Shown here: positions 19,513 through 28,655 of the stretch, one piece after another
Position numbering within the stretch: the first letter of the stretch is position 1
Layout: every line of letters starts with the position of its first letter
Assembly (NCBI GenBank): GCA_020723305.1
Contig: DYJC01000004.1
Span: forward strand, 136,261-200,260
Source: Desulfosudis oleivorans
GTDB lineage: Bacteria; Desulfobacterota; Desulfobacteria; Desulfobacterales; SURF-7
Reading direction: 5' to 3'
Length of the DNA stretch: 64,000 nucleotides
The notes under the pieces: generated by a model
The model's database searches: none
The model's input: only the letters and a program-made list of their open reading frames with translations
What the model was told of the DNA's origin: nothing
Program-made: the position numbers and the translations under genes

Positions 19513-20130
19513 TCAATAATCACAAATCGATTGTTCCACACTGACCGGAATGCCCTCGTAGGGGGTCCACCGGTTGGATTTTATCTCTTCGGGGTTACGC
19601 ATGTTTTTCAGGATCTCGATACTGGTCTTGTACCCTCTGCGTAGACGGCATGAATCAATGGCCATCCCGCATATCTGGGATACTGCCTGCACCAGGTTCA
19701 CATCTTCCAGGGTGAAATCCCATGGCTCGGCGGTATAGACACGCAGCGCTCCGATCACTTTCCCGTGTACGACAATGGGAACCCCAAGGATAGAGGAAAT
19801 CCCTTCTTTTCTTGCCTCTTCCGGATACTGAATCCGGGGATCATCCAGAACATCATAAATCGCAACCGGACCCTCCCCAAGCGATTCCTGAATCGAACGC
19901 ATAAAATGAATCGGACCCTTTTCAAGGTATGTCTTGCTCAACCCAAATGAGGCTGCCAGCTCAAGCTCATCGGTTTTCCGGTTCAGCAGAAATATCGAGC
20001 AGCCCTTTACACCCAACGCGGTTTTCACGCTCTCTGCGGTCATCAGGACGACTTCTTCCGGATCTTTGCTCTCGGAAATGGCCCTTGTCACTTTCAGAAA
20101 GGTTGCATAATGAACAAAATGTTTTTGCAT
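19513..20130 (-). CDS. Stand-alone GAF domain protein
   Basis: 205 aa from the ATG at 20130, which has an AAGGAGG RBS 6 nt upstream. GAF-like pattern (ISESKDPEEVVLMTAESVKTALGVKGCSIFLL...LGVPIVVHGKVIGALRVY). Confidence 0.75.
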   Translation of the reverse strand: MQKHFVHYATFLKVTRAISESKDPEEVVLMTAESVKTALGVKGCSIFLLNRKTDELELAASFGLSKTYLEKGPIHFMRSIQESLGEGPVAIYDVLDDPRIQYPEEARKEGISSILGVPIVVHGKVIGALRVYTAEPWDFTLEDVNLVQAVSQICGMAIDSCRLRRGYKTSIEILKNMRNPEEIKSNRWTPYEGIPVSVEQSICDY

Positions 20131-20385
20131 GGGTAACCTCCTTTTCTTTCGTTTAATGATATGATCCATAATCCGAAAAATTGTTTGTCAACATATAGGC
20201 CGACAAACCAGCTCCGATGAGCTTGAAAAAGATGGCAGATGCTTTCAGACTCAGATTTCAGATAAAAAAGAATGGAGAACCGGTTGATTGGATATGATAT
20301 GAATTATCTATATCCTATCAACAGAATGATTGTCAATCACCGTTTGGAATTCAAATCCAGAGTGTAAATACTGAAACAAGTCTGC

Positions 20386-20414
20386 TTGACACACCCATAT
20401 TTCTTGACTATGAA
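20386..20414 (+). promoter_or_regulatory. Sigma70-type promoter candidate for the ligase gene
   Basis: TTGACA (20386-20391), a 17-nt spacer, then TATGAA (20409-20414). The ATG follows 30 nt downstream. Confidence 0.4.
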
Positions 20415-20443
20415 ATAATAAAAAGAAGAGGAATCAGATTACC

Positions 20444-22096
20444 ATGAATATTGCCGGCCGGCTCACCGAACAAGCCAGAAAACAGCCACATAAAAAAGCC
20501 ATTACCATACCCCGGAAAAACCGGTTCAAATCAGGATACCGATATGAATCCCTGACCTTTTCAGAGCTCGAAGAACGTTCCCGGCAGTATGCCATCGGGC
20601 TCAAAAATATGGGTTTTGCAAAAGGAGACCGGACTCTCGTTTTTGTCCGTCCATCCCTTGATTTTTCCGCCATCACCTTTGCTTTGTTCAAACTTGGATT
20701 GATTCCCGTGTTTATTGATCCCGGGATGGGAAAAGAAAATCTGCTGAGAGCCATTCAGCAGGTCAAACCCATCGGACTGATTGCTGTCCCGGAGGTCCAT
20801 ATTTTACGGCTTTTCTATGCCAAGGCTTTTGATTCCATAAAATATTTTATCACGACCGGTAACACCCGGTGGGGAAAGATGAAAAGCCTGAAACAGCTCC
20901 GGTCATCGGGTCACGATACAGCCGATCAGGATATCGAAGCGGTGAATCCGGAAGATACTGCGGCCATTCTCTTTACATCCGGCGGAACCGGAATCCCCAA
21001 AGGGGTTGTGTACACGCATCAGATCTTTTCCGACCAGACCGACATCCTCAAAGAGATATACCATCTTTCGGAAAAGGATGTGGATATCCCGGGATTTCCC
21101 CTGTTCTCGCTGTTTATCATCGCAATGGGAATCCAGAGCTGTATTCCGGATATGAATCCCTCAAAACCAGCCAAGGCTGATCCCAAAAAGCTGGTGGCCA
21201 ATATTCAGGACAATCAGGCCACCTTTGCAGCCGGATCTCCTGCCATATGGGAACGTGTGGCGGATTATTGCCTGAAACACCAGATCACCCTTCCGACTGT
21301 CCGATCCCTGGTCATGTTCGGAGCGCCCATTTCCACAGCCCTTCACCGGAAATTCAGGGATGTTCTGATCAACGGAACCACCTATACTCCTTATGGAGCG
21401 ACCGAATCTCTTCCGGTTTCCAATGTCAGTGGAAAGTATGTCCTGGAAAATACAAGCGACCTCACCCATCAGGGAAAGGGAACCTGTCTGGGCACGCCGG
21501 TTCCCACCATCCAGGTGAAAATTATCCGGATTTCCGACCAGGCTATCGAGAATTTCAAGGATGTTATCGAGATGCCGGCCGGCCAGATGGGAGAGATTAT
21601 TGTTTCCGGATCCGTTGTTACCCGAGAGTACTACCAGATGCCGGAAAAAACCAGAGAAACCAAAATATTCGATCATGAAAACAATCGATTCTGGCACCGT
21701 ATGGGCGATATCGGATACCTGGATCATCAGGGACGCCTCTGGTTTGGCGGACGATTAACCCACCGGGTTGAAACCCGGAACGGCCTGCTGAGTTCCGTAC
21801 AATGCGAGGCGATTTTCAACCAGCATCCGGAGGTGAAGCGGACTGCCCTCATCGGGTTGAAGCGACATGGTGAAACCATCCCGGCGATTGTAGTGGAAAG
21901 GATGGATCAAACCATACCCCAGGGCCCCAAAAAAAAGATGATGATCAAAGAACTTCGCCGCCTGGGAAAAGAATACGATCATACCCAAAATATCAACGAG
22001 TTTTTTTTCCATCCTTCCTTTCCCGTGGATGTCCGGCACAATATCAAGATCGACCGGCTCAAATTACGGGACGAGGCCATGGCAGGAAAGCTTTAA
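20444..22096 (+). CDS. AMP-dependent synthetase / fatty-acid-CoA ligase family protein
   Basis: 550 aa. AMP-binding signature LFTSGGTGIPKGV and the later motif YGATE. Confidence 0.85.
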   Translation: MNIAGRLTEQARKQPHKKAITIPRKNRFKSGYRYESLTFSELEERSRQYAIGLKNMGFAKGDRTLVFVRPSLDFSAITFALFKLGLIPVFIDPGMGKENLLRAIQQVKPIGLIAVPEVHILRLFYAKAFDSIKYFITTGNTRWGKMKSLKQLRSSGHDTADQDIEAVNPEDTAAILFTSGGTGIPKGVVYTHQIFSDQTDILKEIYHLSEKDVDIPGFPLFSLFIIAMGIQSCIPDMNPSKPAKADPKKLVANIQDNQATFAAGSPAIWERVADYCLKHQITLPTVRSLVMFGAPISTALHRKFRDVLINGTTYTPYGATESLPVSNVSGKYVLENTSDLTHQGKGTCLGTPVPTIQVKIIRISDQAIENFKDVIEMPAGQMGEIIVSGSVVTREYYQMPEKTRETKIFDHENNRFWHRMGDIGYLDHQGRLWFGGRLTHRVETRNGLLSSVQCEAIFNQHPEVKRTALIGLKRHGETIPAIVVERMDQTIPQGPKKKMMIKELRRLGKEYDHTQNINEFFFHPSFPVDVRHNIKIDRLKLRDEAMAGKL

Positions 22097-22962
22097 CCGG
22101 TCACCTGATCTGTTTCAGCCGCCTCCCATCCGAGAATCGCTTTTTTTCTGGCTGTTCCCCAGCGATATTGATGAATCTTACCGGATTTTGCAATCACCCG
22201 ATGGCAGGGAATGAGATAAGAAATCGGATTCCTTGCAATGGCATTGGCAGCAGCCCGGACAGATGCGGGCCTGTTGATACGGGCTGCAATATCCTGGTAG
22301 CTCAATAATTTTCCGGGCGGTATGGCCAAGAGTGCCCGCCACACATTGATCTGGAAATTGGTACCCTTGACGTGCAGAGGAAAGGGTTTTGGATTCCTTG
22401 CATGACTCACATCAAATACACGTTTCAGGATCAATCGGATAGAAACCGGATCATGAACAAAATCAGAACCCGGCCATGTCTCTTCAAGCTGGGAAAAGGA
22501 ATTGTTCCGATCCTCTCCATCCACGAATCCGAGAAAACAGATTCCTCTCTGTGTCACTGCAAGCAGGCATTCCCCAAACAATGACCCACCGAATCCATAG
22601 GTAATTTTTAATCCTGACCCCATGCGTTTGAATTCGCCCGGCGTCATGGCATCCAGTGTGACAAACAGGTCATGAAGACGCCCTGGACCGGACAGCCCGG
22701 CATCCAGCGAAACGTCAAGAAGGCTTTTGGATTCAGCCAATTTTTTCTTGGTATACTCAAGGGTCAGGGTCTGGAGGAACTGGGTTGGACTGATGCCTGC
22801 CCATTGTTTGAAGAGCCTGGAAAAGTGATATCTGCTCAGATTCACACTTTCCGCGATCTGATCCAGATCAGGCTGAGATTGGATGTTTTTTTCCAGAAAC
22901 CGAATCGCTTTTTCAATCCTCAGGTAATCCCGGTGCTGCTGCAAAAAATCGGATGCCGTCAT
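22093..22962 (-). CDS. AraC-type HTH fused to methylated-DNA-protein-cysteine methyltransferase (Ada/Ogt-like)
   Basis: 289 aa. AraC HTH (LSRYHFSRLFKQWAGISPTQF) and the MGMT active site IPCHRV. Confidence 0.85.
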   Translation of the reverse strand: MTASDFLQQHRDYLRIEKAIRFLEKNIQSQPDLDQIAESVNLSRYHFSRLFKQWAGISPTQFLQTLTLEYTKKKLAESKSLLDVSLDAGLSGPGRLHDLFVTLDAMTPGEFKRMGSGLKITYGFGGSLFGECLLAVTQRGICFLGFVDGEDRNNSFSQLEETWPGSDFVHDPVSIRLILKRVFDVSHARNPKPFPLHVKGTNFQINVWRALLAIPPGKLLSYQDIAARINRPASVRAAANAIARNPISYLIPCHRVIAKSGKIHQYRWGTARKKAILGWEAAETDQVTG

Positions 22963-23221
22963 CTTGATTCTCCTTCCTCCTGAGTTCGCACCTTACTGGA
23001 ATCAAATCACAATTGCCACCCGAATCTTGCTTATTTTTCATCATTATTCAACATTTATAAATACCAATAAATAAAAGAGTGATCCCCAATCCGCTCAGAC
23101 AGTGAACGACTCCGCTATAAAACCATTCATTCCGCTCAACCCGGACCTGATTAGGTAAAGGGAGAAAACACACCCATAGTGAGGATGAATCGTCTTTGCT
23201 ATTGAAAAGTATCTCTTATCT

Positions 23222-23536
23222 TTATTTTATATAAGAACAGCAGTAATCCGTAGGGCGTTTAACATGTAAACTGAATTTCGATTTTGCAGGCACTTCAAAT
23301 ACCCCTCCGTCTGTAATTGTTTTCCATCCTTCTGAGGCTGTGATGAGTACTTCAAGATCCCCTGAGATGATTTCCATGATTTCTTTATCATCCGTATTGA
23401 ACTCATATTTGCCGGGAAGCATGATTCCGAGGGTCTTTCGGGAACCATCTGAAAAAACAACCGTGCGACTGGTAACCTTTCCATCAAAGTAAATGTTTGC
23501 TTTTTTAATTATTGTTACATCCTTAAATTCCGACAT
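23222..23536 (-). CDS. ppnP: Pyrimidine/purine nucleoside phosphorylase PpnP (DUF1255, cupin)
   Basis: 104 aa. [14 protein letters not shown]...[22 protein letters not shown] is typical of the YaiE/PpnP family. Confidence 0.85.
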   Translation of the reverse strand: MSEFKDVTIIKKANIYFDGKVTSRTVVFSDGSRKTLGIMLPGKYEFNTDDKEIMEIISGDLEVLITASEGWKTITDGGVFEVPAKSKFSLHVKRPTDYCCSYIK

Positions 23537-23702
23537 GAATTTCTCCTTCCTTGATTTGTTTCATTTTTAAAAAAATATTTTCATTTGATTCAGCAGGGTA
23601 CTTTTTCAAGTTGTTAACTGGAGCTCAAGAATATCTTTCATGAGGCTAAAATGCTTATCATGTGAGTAAATTTCACGATGAAAAGGCTCATGGCAAAATG
23701 GA

Positions 23703-23990
23703 TTATTCCGCATGCGCCATCTCCTCAGCAATCATTTCAGCCTGATTCAGCACCGTCTCGGTTGCCGGCTTTTGCATATCCGGCGGATAGCCATACTGCC
23801 GCAAGGTCCTCTTGACAATGACCTTCAACTTGGTCTTAACGTTTTCCTTGATGGTCCAGTCAAGGGAGGCGTTTTCCCTGACCCGTTCAAAAAGCACCAC
23901 GGCAAGTTCCCGTAATTTGTCTTTCCCCATAACATCTCGGGCGCTGTCGTTATTGGCAATGGCGGATTCGGTAATTTTAGTCATCGTCAT
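23703..23990 (-). pseudogene. hsdR: C-terminal stub of a type I restriction enzyme R subunit (HsdR, DUF3387-like tail)
   Basis: 95-aa ORF ...LDWTIKENVKTKLKVIVKRTLRQYGYPPDMQKPATETVLNQAEMIAEE. This matches only the extreme C-terminus of the ~1000-aa HsdR proteins. It overlaps the rhuM stop. Confidence 0.6.
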
Positions 23991-24993
23991 CTTTTTTTCC
24001 CATAAGGCGTTTCACTTCTTTGTCGAAATCCGAGACGTATTCCCTGTCCTGGACAACCCGGTATTTTTCATACTCCTTGGCGACCAGCGCCAGGGCGACT
24101 TCATGGCTGATGCACCCCGCATTAGTAAGAATTTCATATTCGCTGAACTGTAAAAAGGCATTCAGTTTTTCGATCCAGTCTTTCATATACATGGGTTTGT
24201 TCCGCACGGCCTGCAATTCCGCAAAATCCAGGTACATGGTGACAATGCGGTTCAAATGGTCAAGTTCCGGTTTGTTCAGATAATTCTTCGCAACCGTAAC
24301 ATCGCTTGGCATTATCTTTCCTTCCGGCCCCTTGCGCCATGAAGTTAATCCCAGATTGGGTTTTTTGCTGTCTGCACGTTTGGCTATGATCTCCGCGGCA
24401 GTCTGCCCGGTAATGGCAAAATGCAGTTTGTTTTGAACCGTTGCAAAAAATTTTTTGGTGTCTGCCGCTTTTGGCGAATAGTCAATCGACGTTGCATAAA
24501 TGTCGGTAATTTTCTGATAGGCCATCCGCTCACTGGCTCGGATGTCCCTGATCTCCTCCAGCAACTCATCAAAAAATCGTGTACTGAAACGGGAACCGTA
24601 CTTAAAACGATCGCTGTCAATGGCAAAACCTTTGTGGATATATTGTTGAAGGATAGAAATCGCCCATTGCCGGAACTGGGTACCCCGTTCGGAATTGACC
24701 CTGTATCCAACGGCAATGATGGCTTCCAGAGAATAAAATTTTGTCTGATAGGTTTTGCCGTCCTCGGCAGCATGTGCATAATTTGCACATACTAATTCTT
24801 CCTGTAATTCCTTTTGGGTAAAAATATTTTTTACGTGCTTTGTAACAACGCTGCGGTCAACGTCAAAAAGTTCCGCCATTCTCTTTTGCGGCAGCCAGAT
24901 GTTTTCATTGGCATAAAGCACTTCGATATTAATTTTTCCGTCCGCTGTCTGATAGACGGTAATCTCATTGTCCGGAATTTTTTTCTTCATCAT
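23977..24993 (-). CDS. rhuM: RhuM-family protein (commonly embedded in type I R-M loci)
   Basis: 338 aa. N-terminus ITVYQTADGKINIEVLYANENIWLPQKRMAELFDVDRSVVTKH...YSLEAIIAVGYRVNSERGTQFRQWA. Confidence 0.85.
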   Translation of the reverse strand: MMKKKIPDNEITVYQTADGKINIEVLYANENIWLPQKRMAELFDVDRSVVTKHVKNIFTQKELQEELVCANYAHAAEDGKTYQTKFYSLEAIIAVGYRVNSERGTQFRQWAISILQQYIHKGFAIDSDRFKYGSRFSTRFFDELLEEIRDIRASERMAYQKITDIYATSIDYSPKAADTKKFFATVQNKLHFAITGQTAAEIIAKRADSKKPNLGLTSWRKGPEGKIMPSDVTVAKNYLNKPELDHLNRIVTMYLDFAELQAVRNKPMYMKDWIEKLNAFLQFSEYEILTNAGCISHEVALALVAKEYEKYRVVQDREYVSDFDKEVKRLMGKKDDDD

Positions 24994-25174
24994 TCAGTTT
25001 CCTTACATCCAGCAAGTTCCGTTTGACCTTGATTTTCTTGATTCAAAGATTCAACGGAATTTGGAAAACCAGAGCAACAACTTGTTGCCCATTTGCCGGT
25101 TTGTCCAATTGCGAAGCAATTTGCTGCGCAAATACATTTTTCCCGGACCAGAAGCGATGCCATTGTCGCATAAG

Positions 25175-25381
25175 CTAAAGATTTCTTTTTGAAAATCCCT
25201 TCATATCAGGATTGGTAAACCGCTCCTTGAAATCAAAATCATCCTCTTCATCGGCAAGCCCCACATAGCGGCCCGGTGTCAGCACAAAATCCAGTTCTCG
25301 AACCCGGTCAATGGGGACGGAGCAGCAGGACCCTTTCACATCCTCATCATTCCCATCCGGGTTCCGCCAGTAATGATACAT
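25175..25381 (-). pseudogene. hsdM: C-terminal stub of a type I R-M methyltransferase subunit (HsdM)
   Basis: 68-aa ORF ...VPIDRVRELDFVLTPGRYVGLADEEDDFDFKERF, which matches HsdM C-terminal tails. The N-terminal ~450 aa are absent, and the sequence upstream switches to AT-rich DNA. Confidence 0.6.
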
Positions 25382-25711
25382 GCTGGAAATGGCGTCAATG
25401 TTTTACATAATAGTAAATATTAGAAATTATTCAACTCTTTTTTCTCACATCAAAACAAGATGATTTGATCTCATATCCAATTTTCTCGGATTCTCGGATT
25501 GGATGCAAAATTCCGTTTTCCATCCATCTTTTTCAGGAAACTACGAATACAAGATATTGTATAAATTATTTATTGACACACAATTATGTTCTGACATATT
25601 TATATCTGATTATAATAAAAAACAGTGAATCAAGATGAGAATCATATCCATACTCCATTAAAATTTTTTTTCATATTATAACAAACGCTTATAATCTGAA
25701 TAGGTGAAACA

Positions 25712-28654
25712 ATGAAAAAATACTATCCAAAAGGGGATGACGGAAAAACAGAAACAAAAACCGTCCAAAGCGGGATAGCACCAAATCAACTGATCGCCAA
25801 ACGGTATTTAACCAAATTTGAAATCCGTAAAGATGCGATGATCAACGTCCATATGGCGTTTGACCGGGAAAGAGACATGAATGTTTCGCTGATGTCCCTT
25901 CCTCCTGAACTCTTAAAAAATACGGATTTGCTGGCTGATTTAAAACTGGATCTCTCTGCTGCATCCAAGCTGAATCACAATAATATTGCACAACTGTACA
26001 GTATCGACACCTGGAATAAAATTGTTTTCTGCGTGATGGAATATATCCCGGGACATACGCTGGCCGGACACCTGGAAGAAAAAGGAGGAAAACTCGGTCT
26101 TGATGAATCCATCCCATTGCTGCGGCAGATCGCAAGTGGACTCGACTATTGCCATTCCCTCACCACACCATTGTCCCACCTGGGGTTGAAGCCTCAAAAT
26201 ATATTATTGACTGAAGACAACCTGGTTAAAATCGCTGATTTCGGGCTTGCGAATATTTTAAGTTCTCCTGCAGCCCGGCTTCCCGGGAGAGAAGAACCCG
26301 AGACACTTGCGTACAGGGCTCCGGAACAGCTATCCGGAAAAGAAGCCGGGCCCTGGACAGATATTTACTCCCTTGCGGCTGTTGCTTATGAAATGCTGTC
26401 CGGAAGACCGCCGGTTCAAGGAGAGGATCTGCGATCCCAGATCGCAAATCAAAACGCAAAAAAAATCGATGGTCTGCCGGATCACGTCAATGATGCCCTG
26501 TTGATGGCTCTTTCAAAAGAACCATCAAGCCGGCCCAAAAAGGCCGGGGATTTCATTGCCATGATCGCCGGAGAAAAACCAATTCCAAAACCAGGGAAAA
26601 CAAAGCCATCCCAAACCGGAAAAAAGAAATCCATTCTCCTTCCAGGGTTCATCGGTGTACTCATTCTTTTCATTCTTGGAGGACTCGGATTCTTTCTATC
26701 CCAGAAAGATACAGTCACAGTCAGCCGGAAACCGGCTCCGGAAATCGAAAAGCCGGCCAAGCGTATCGTCATCCCGAAAATATTTACTGAAAAGAAAAAA
26801 CCGGAACCCCAACCGGATAAAAAAATAGAAGACATCGCACTGCCCATTATTCCGGAAAAATCACCGGAAATAAAAGAGGAAGCCATATTGACCGGCAAGG
26901 CCTCCATTGTCAGCATCCCGGAGGGAGCGGAAGTATTTCTAAACGGAGTAAACAAAGGAATAACCCCTGTTGTAATCAATGACATTGAAGAGGGAAAGTA
27001 CGATGTCTCTATCCGGAAAGAAGGTTTTGAGCCATACACGGAAAAAATGATGATCTCCTCTGCGAAGACGGTTGAGATAACGGCAACTCTCCTGCCGATT
27101 TATGGAACACTCCTGATCATAAGCGAGCCACCGGGTGCGGAAGTATACATCGATAGCATAAAATCCGGAATTACACCTGTCAGTTTGAACCAGGTAAAAA
27201 AGGGGAATCATCACGTCCGGGTCGATAAGCCGGGATATGAAATCTGGACAAAAAATATTGCGATTGTCCCCGGTGAACAGGTCTCACTGACAGCTCAGTT
27301 ATCAGATGCCATGGGAAACATCAGCATTACAAGCAACCCGGATGATGCAATGATTTTTATCTCCGGAATTGAGAGTGGAAAAACCCCGCTGATTCTGAAA
27401 GTCGAAAAAGGAATACGACCTATTGAGATTCAAAAACCCGGCTATGAACCCTGGAAACAGAATGTAAAGGTAATCGCCGGCGAAAATATCGAAATCAAGG
27501 CGGAACTCATACAGAGCAGAGGAGGCGGCCTTCAGGTGAACAGCCAGCCGTCTGATGCGGATGTTTTTGTTTCCGGGAAAAACCTTGGGAAAACCCCTCT
27601 GAACCTGAAAGAGATACAATCCGGAAAGATAACGATTGAGGTCCGGAAACAATGCTATGCAAACAGTTCCCAGACAGTATCCATCAAATCCGGTATCCTT
27701 TCCAAAATTGATTTCCCCCTGAAACCGGAATGCGGAACGGTTATCGTGAAAAGTGATCCGGAAGATGCAAAATGGTATCTGGATGACGCCTATATCGGAA
27801 ATACTCCCGGCACACTGGAGAATATACCCGCAGGAAAACACAATATCAAAATTACAAAAGATCAGTATTCGGAGTGGATGGAAACCAGTGCGATCGCACC
27901 GGGCAAATCCCAGACCATCATCGCCAAACTGAAACCAGTACTTCCGGATCCAGGTGCAACATGGCGGGAGCCCACAACCGGAATGGAGTTTGTCTGGGTC
28001 GAGAGTGGATGTTTCAATATGGGGAGCCTTCCGGATGAACTGGGCAGAGAAGAGGATGAAGGTCCGGTTCATAAGGTATGTGTAGACGGTTTCTGGATGG
28101 GAAAATATGAGGTTACTCAGGGACAGTGGAAAGCCGTAATGAAAAAAAATCCTTCTTTCTTCAATCGAAAAGAAAAGTATCCGGCAGACAGTGTCTCCAT
28201 AAATGACGTTCAGCTTTTTATTCAAACCCTGAGCAAAACGAGTAACGACCGTTTTTCTTTCAGACTTCCGACAGAAACGGAATGGGAATATGCATGCAAA
28301 AGCGGTGGACAGACAGAACGATTCTCAGGAGGAGACCGCCCCAATGCCGTAGCCTGGTTTAAAGCAAACAGCAACCGGACAACCCACTCTGTTGGAGAAA
28401 AAGCGCCCAATAATATCGATCTCTACGATATGAGCGGAAACGTTTCCGAATGGGTTGAAGATACCTATTCGGCAGATGCTTACAAATTCCACAGTGAAAA
28501 AAATCCAATCCATAAGAAGAGCAGTCCAAACCGAGTCATCCGGGGTGGAAACTGGAGCCAGGATGAAAAAAATTGCAGGTCTGCAGAGAGAGCTTTTGCT
28601 CCTGCAGAAGAAAGAAATAAAACAATCGGATTCAGGCTTGTGAAGATCCAGTAA
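25712..28654 (+). CDS. Membrane-spanning pseudokinase: degenerate Ser/Thr-kinase-like domain, one TM helix, five PEGA repeats, FGE-sulfatase (SUMF1)-like domain
   Basis: 980 aa with an AGGTGA RBS. Kinase-fold motifs are retained (LKPQN, DFG aa175-177, APE aa203-205), but the Gly loop is absent, VAIK reads VSLM, and HRD reads HLG. TM helix at aa 308-330. PEGA-like repeats span aa 396-741. FGE-like C-terminus: FWMGKYEVTQGQW...NVSEWVED...RVIRGGNW...GFRLV. Confidence 0.85.
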   Translation: MKKYYPKGDDGKTETKTVQSGIAPNQLIAKRYLTKFEIRKDAMINVHMAFDRERDMNVSLMSLPPELLKNTDLLADLKLDLSAASKLNHNNIAQLYSIDTWNKIVFCVMEYIPGHTLAGHLEEKGGKLGLDESIPLLRQIASGLDYCHSLTTPLSHLGLKPQNILLTEDNLVKIADFGLANILSSPAARLPGREEPETLAYRAPEQLSGKEAGPWTDIYSLAAVAYEMLSGRPPVQGEDLRSQIANQNAKKIDGLPDHVNDALLMALSKEPSSRPKKAGDFIAMIAGEKPIPKPGKTKPSQTGKKKSILLPGFIGVLILFILGGLGFFLSQKDTVTVSRKPAPEIEKPAKRIVIPKIFTEKKKPEPQPDKKIEDIALPIIPEKSPEIKEEAILTGKASIVSIPEGAEVFLNGVNKGITPVVINDIEEGKYDVSIRKEGFEPYTEKMMISSAKTVEITATLLPIYGTLLIISEPPGAEVYIDSIKSGITPVSLNQVKKGNHHVRVDKPGYEIWTKNIAIVPGEQVSLTAQLSDAMGNISITSNPDDAMIFISGIESGKTPLILKVEKGIRPIEIQKPGYEPWKQNVKVIAGENIEIKAELIQSRGGGLQVNSQPSDADVFVSGKNLGKTPLNLKEIQSGKITIEVRKQCYANSSQTVSIKSGILSKIDFPLKPECGTVIVKSDPEDAKWYLDDAYIGNTPGTLENIPAGKHNIKITKDQYSEWMETSAIAPGKSQTIIAKLKPVLPDPGATWREPTTGMEFVWVESGCFNMGSLPDELGREEDEGPVHKVCVDGFWMGKYEVTQGQWKAVMKKNPSFFNRKEKYPADSVSINDVQLFIQTLSKTSNDRFSFRLPTETEWEYACKSGGQTERFSGGDRPNAVAWFKANSNRTTHSVGEKAPNNIDLYDMSGNVSEWVEDTYSADAYKFHSEKNPIHKKSSPNRVIRGGNWSQDEKNCRSAERAFAPAEERNKTIGFRLVKIQ
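26897..27934 (+). repeat. Five tandem ~68-aa PEGA-type repeats (protein-level) within the pseudokinase gene
   Basis: Repeat cores: SIPEGAEVFLNG...GITP; SEPPGAEVYIDS...GITP; SNPDDAMIFISG...GKTP; SQPSDADVFVSG...GKTP; SDPEDAKWYLDD...GNTP. Each is followed by a G(K/N)H/Y..V.(K)(P/E)GY(E) motif. Confidence 0.8.
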
Positions 28655-28655
28655 C

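Noticed and set aside
22093-22096. Convergent genes sharing overlapping stop codons in TTAA
   Set aside because: The overlap is real but trivial: both strands read TAA within the palindrome. No functional implication can be supported.
24994-25174. An hsdS remnant between the hsdM stub and rhuM
   Set aside because: I translated all minus-strand frames and could recognise no HsdS-like conserved region. A sensitive tBLASTn search would still be needed to exclude one.
27302-28225. 307-aa minus-strand ORF
   Set aside because: It lies entirely antisense to the PEGA/FGE part of the 980-aa gene, whose repeats and domain motifs are unambiguous. It is a shadow ORF.
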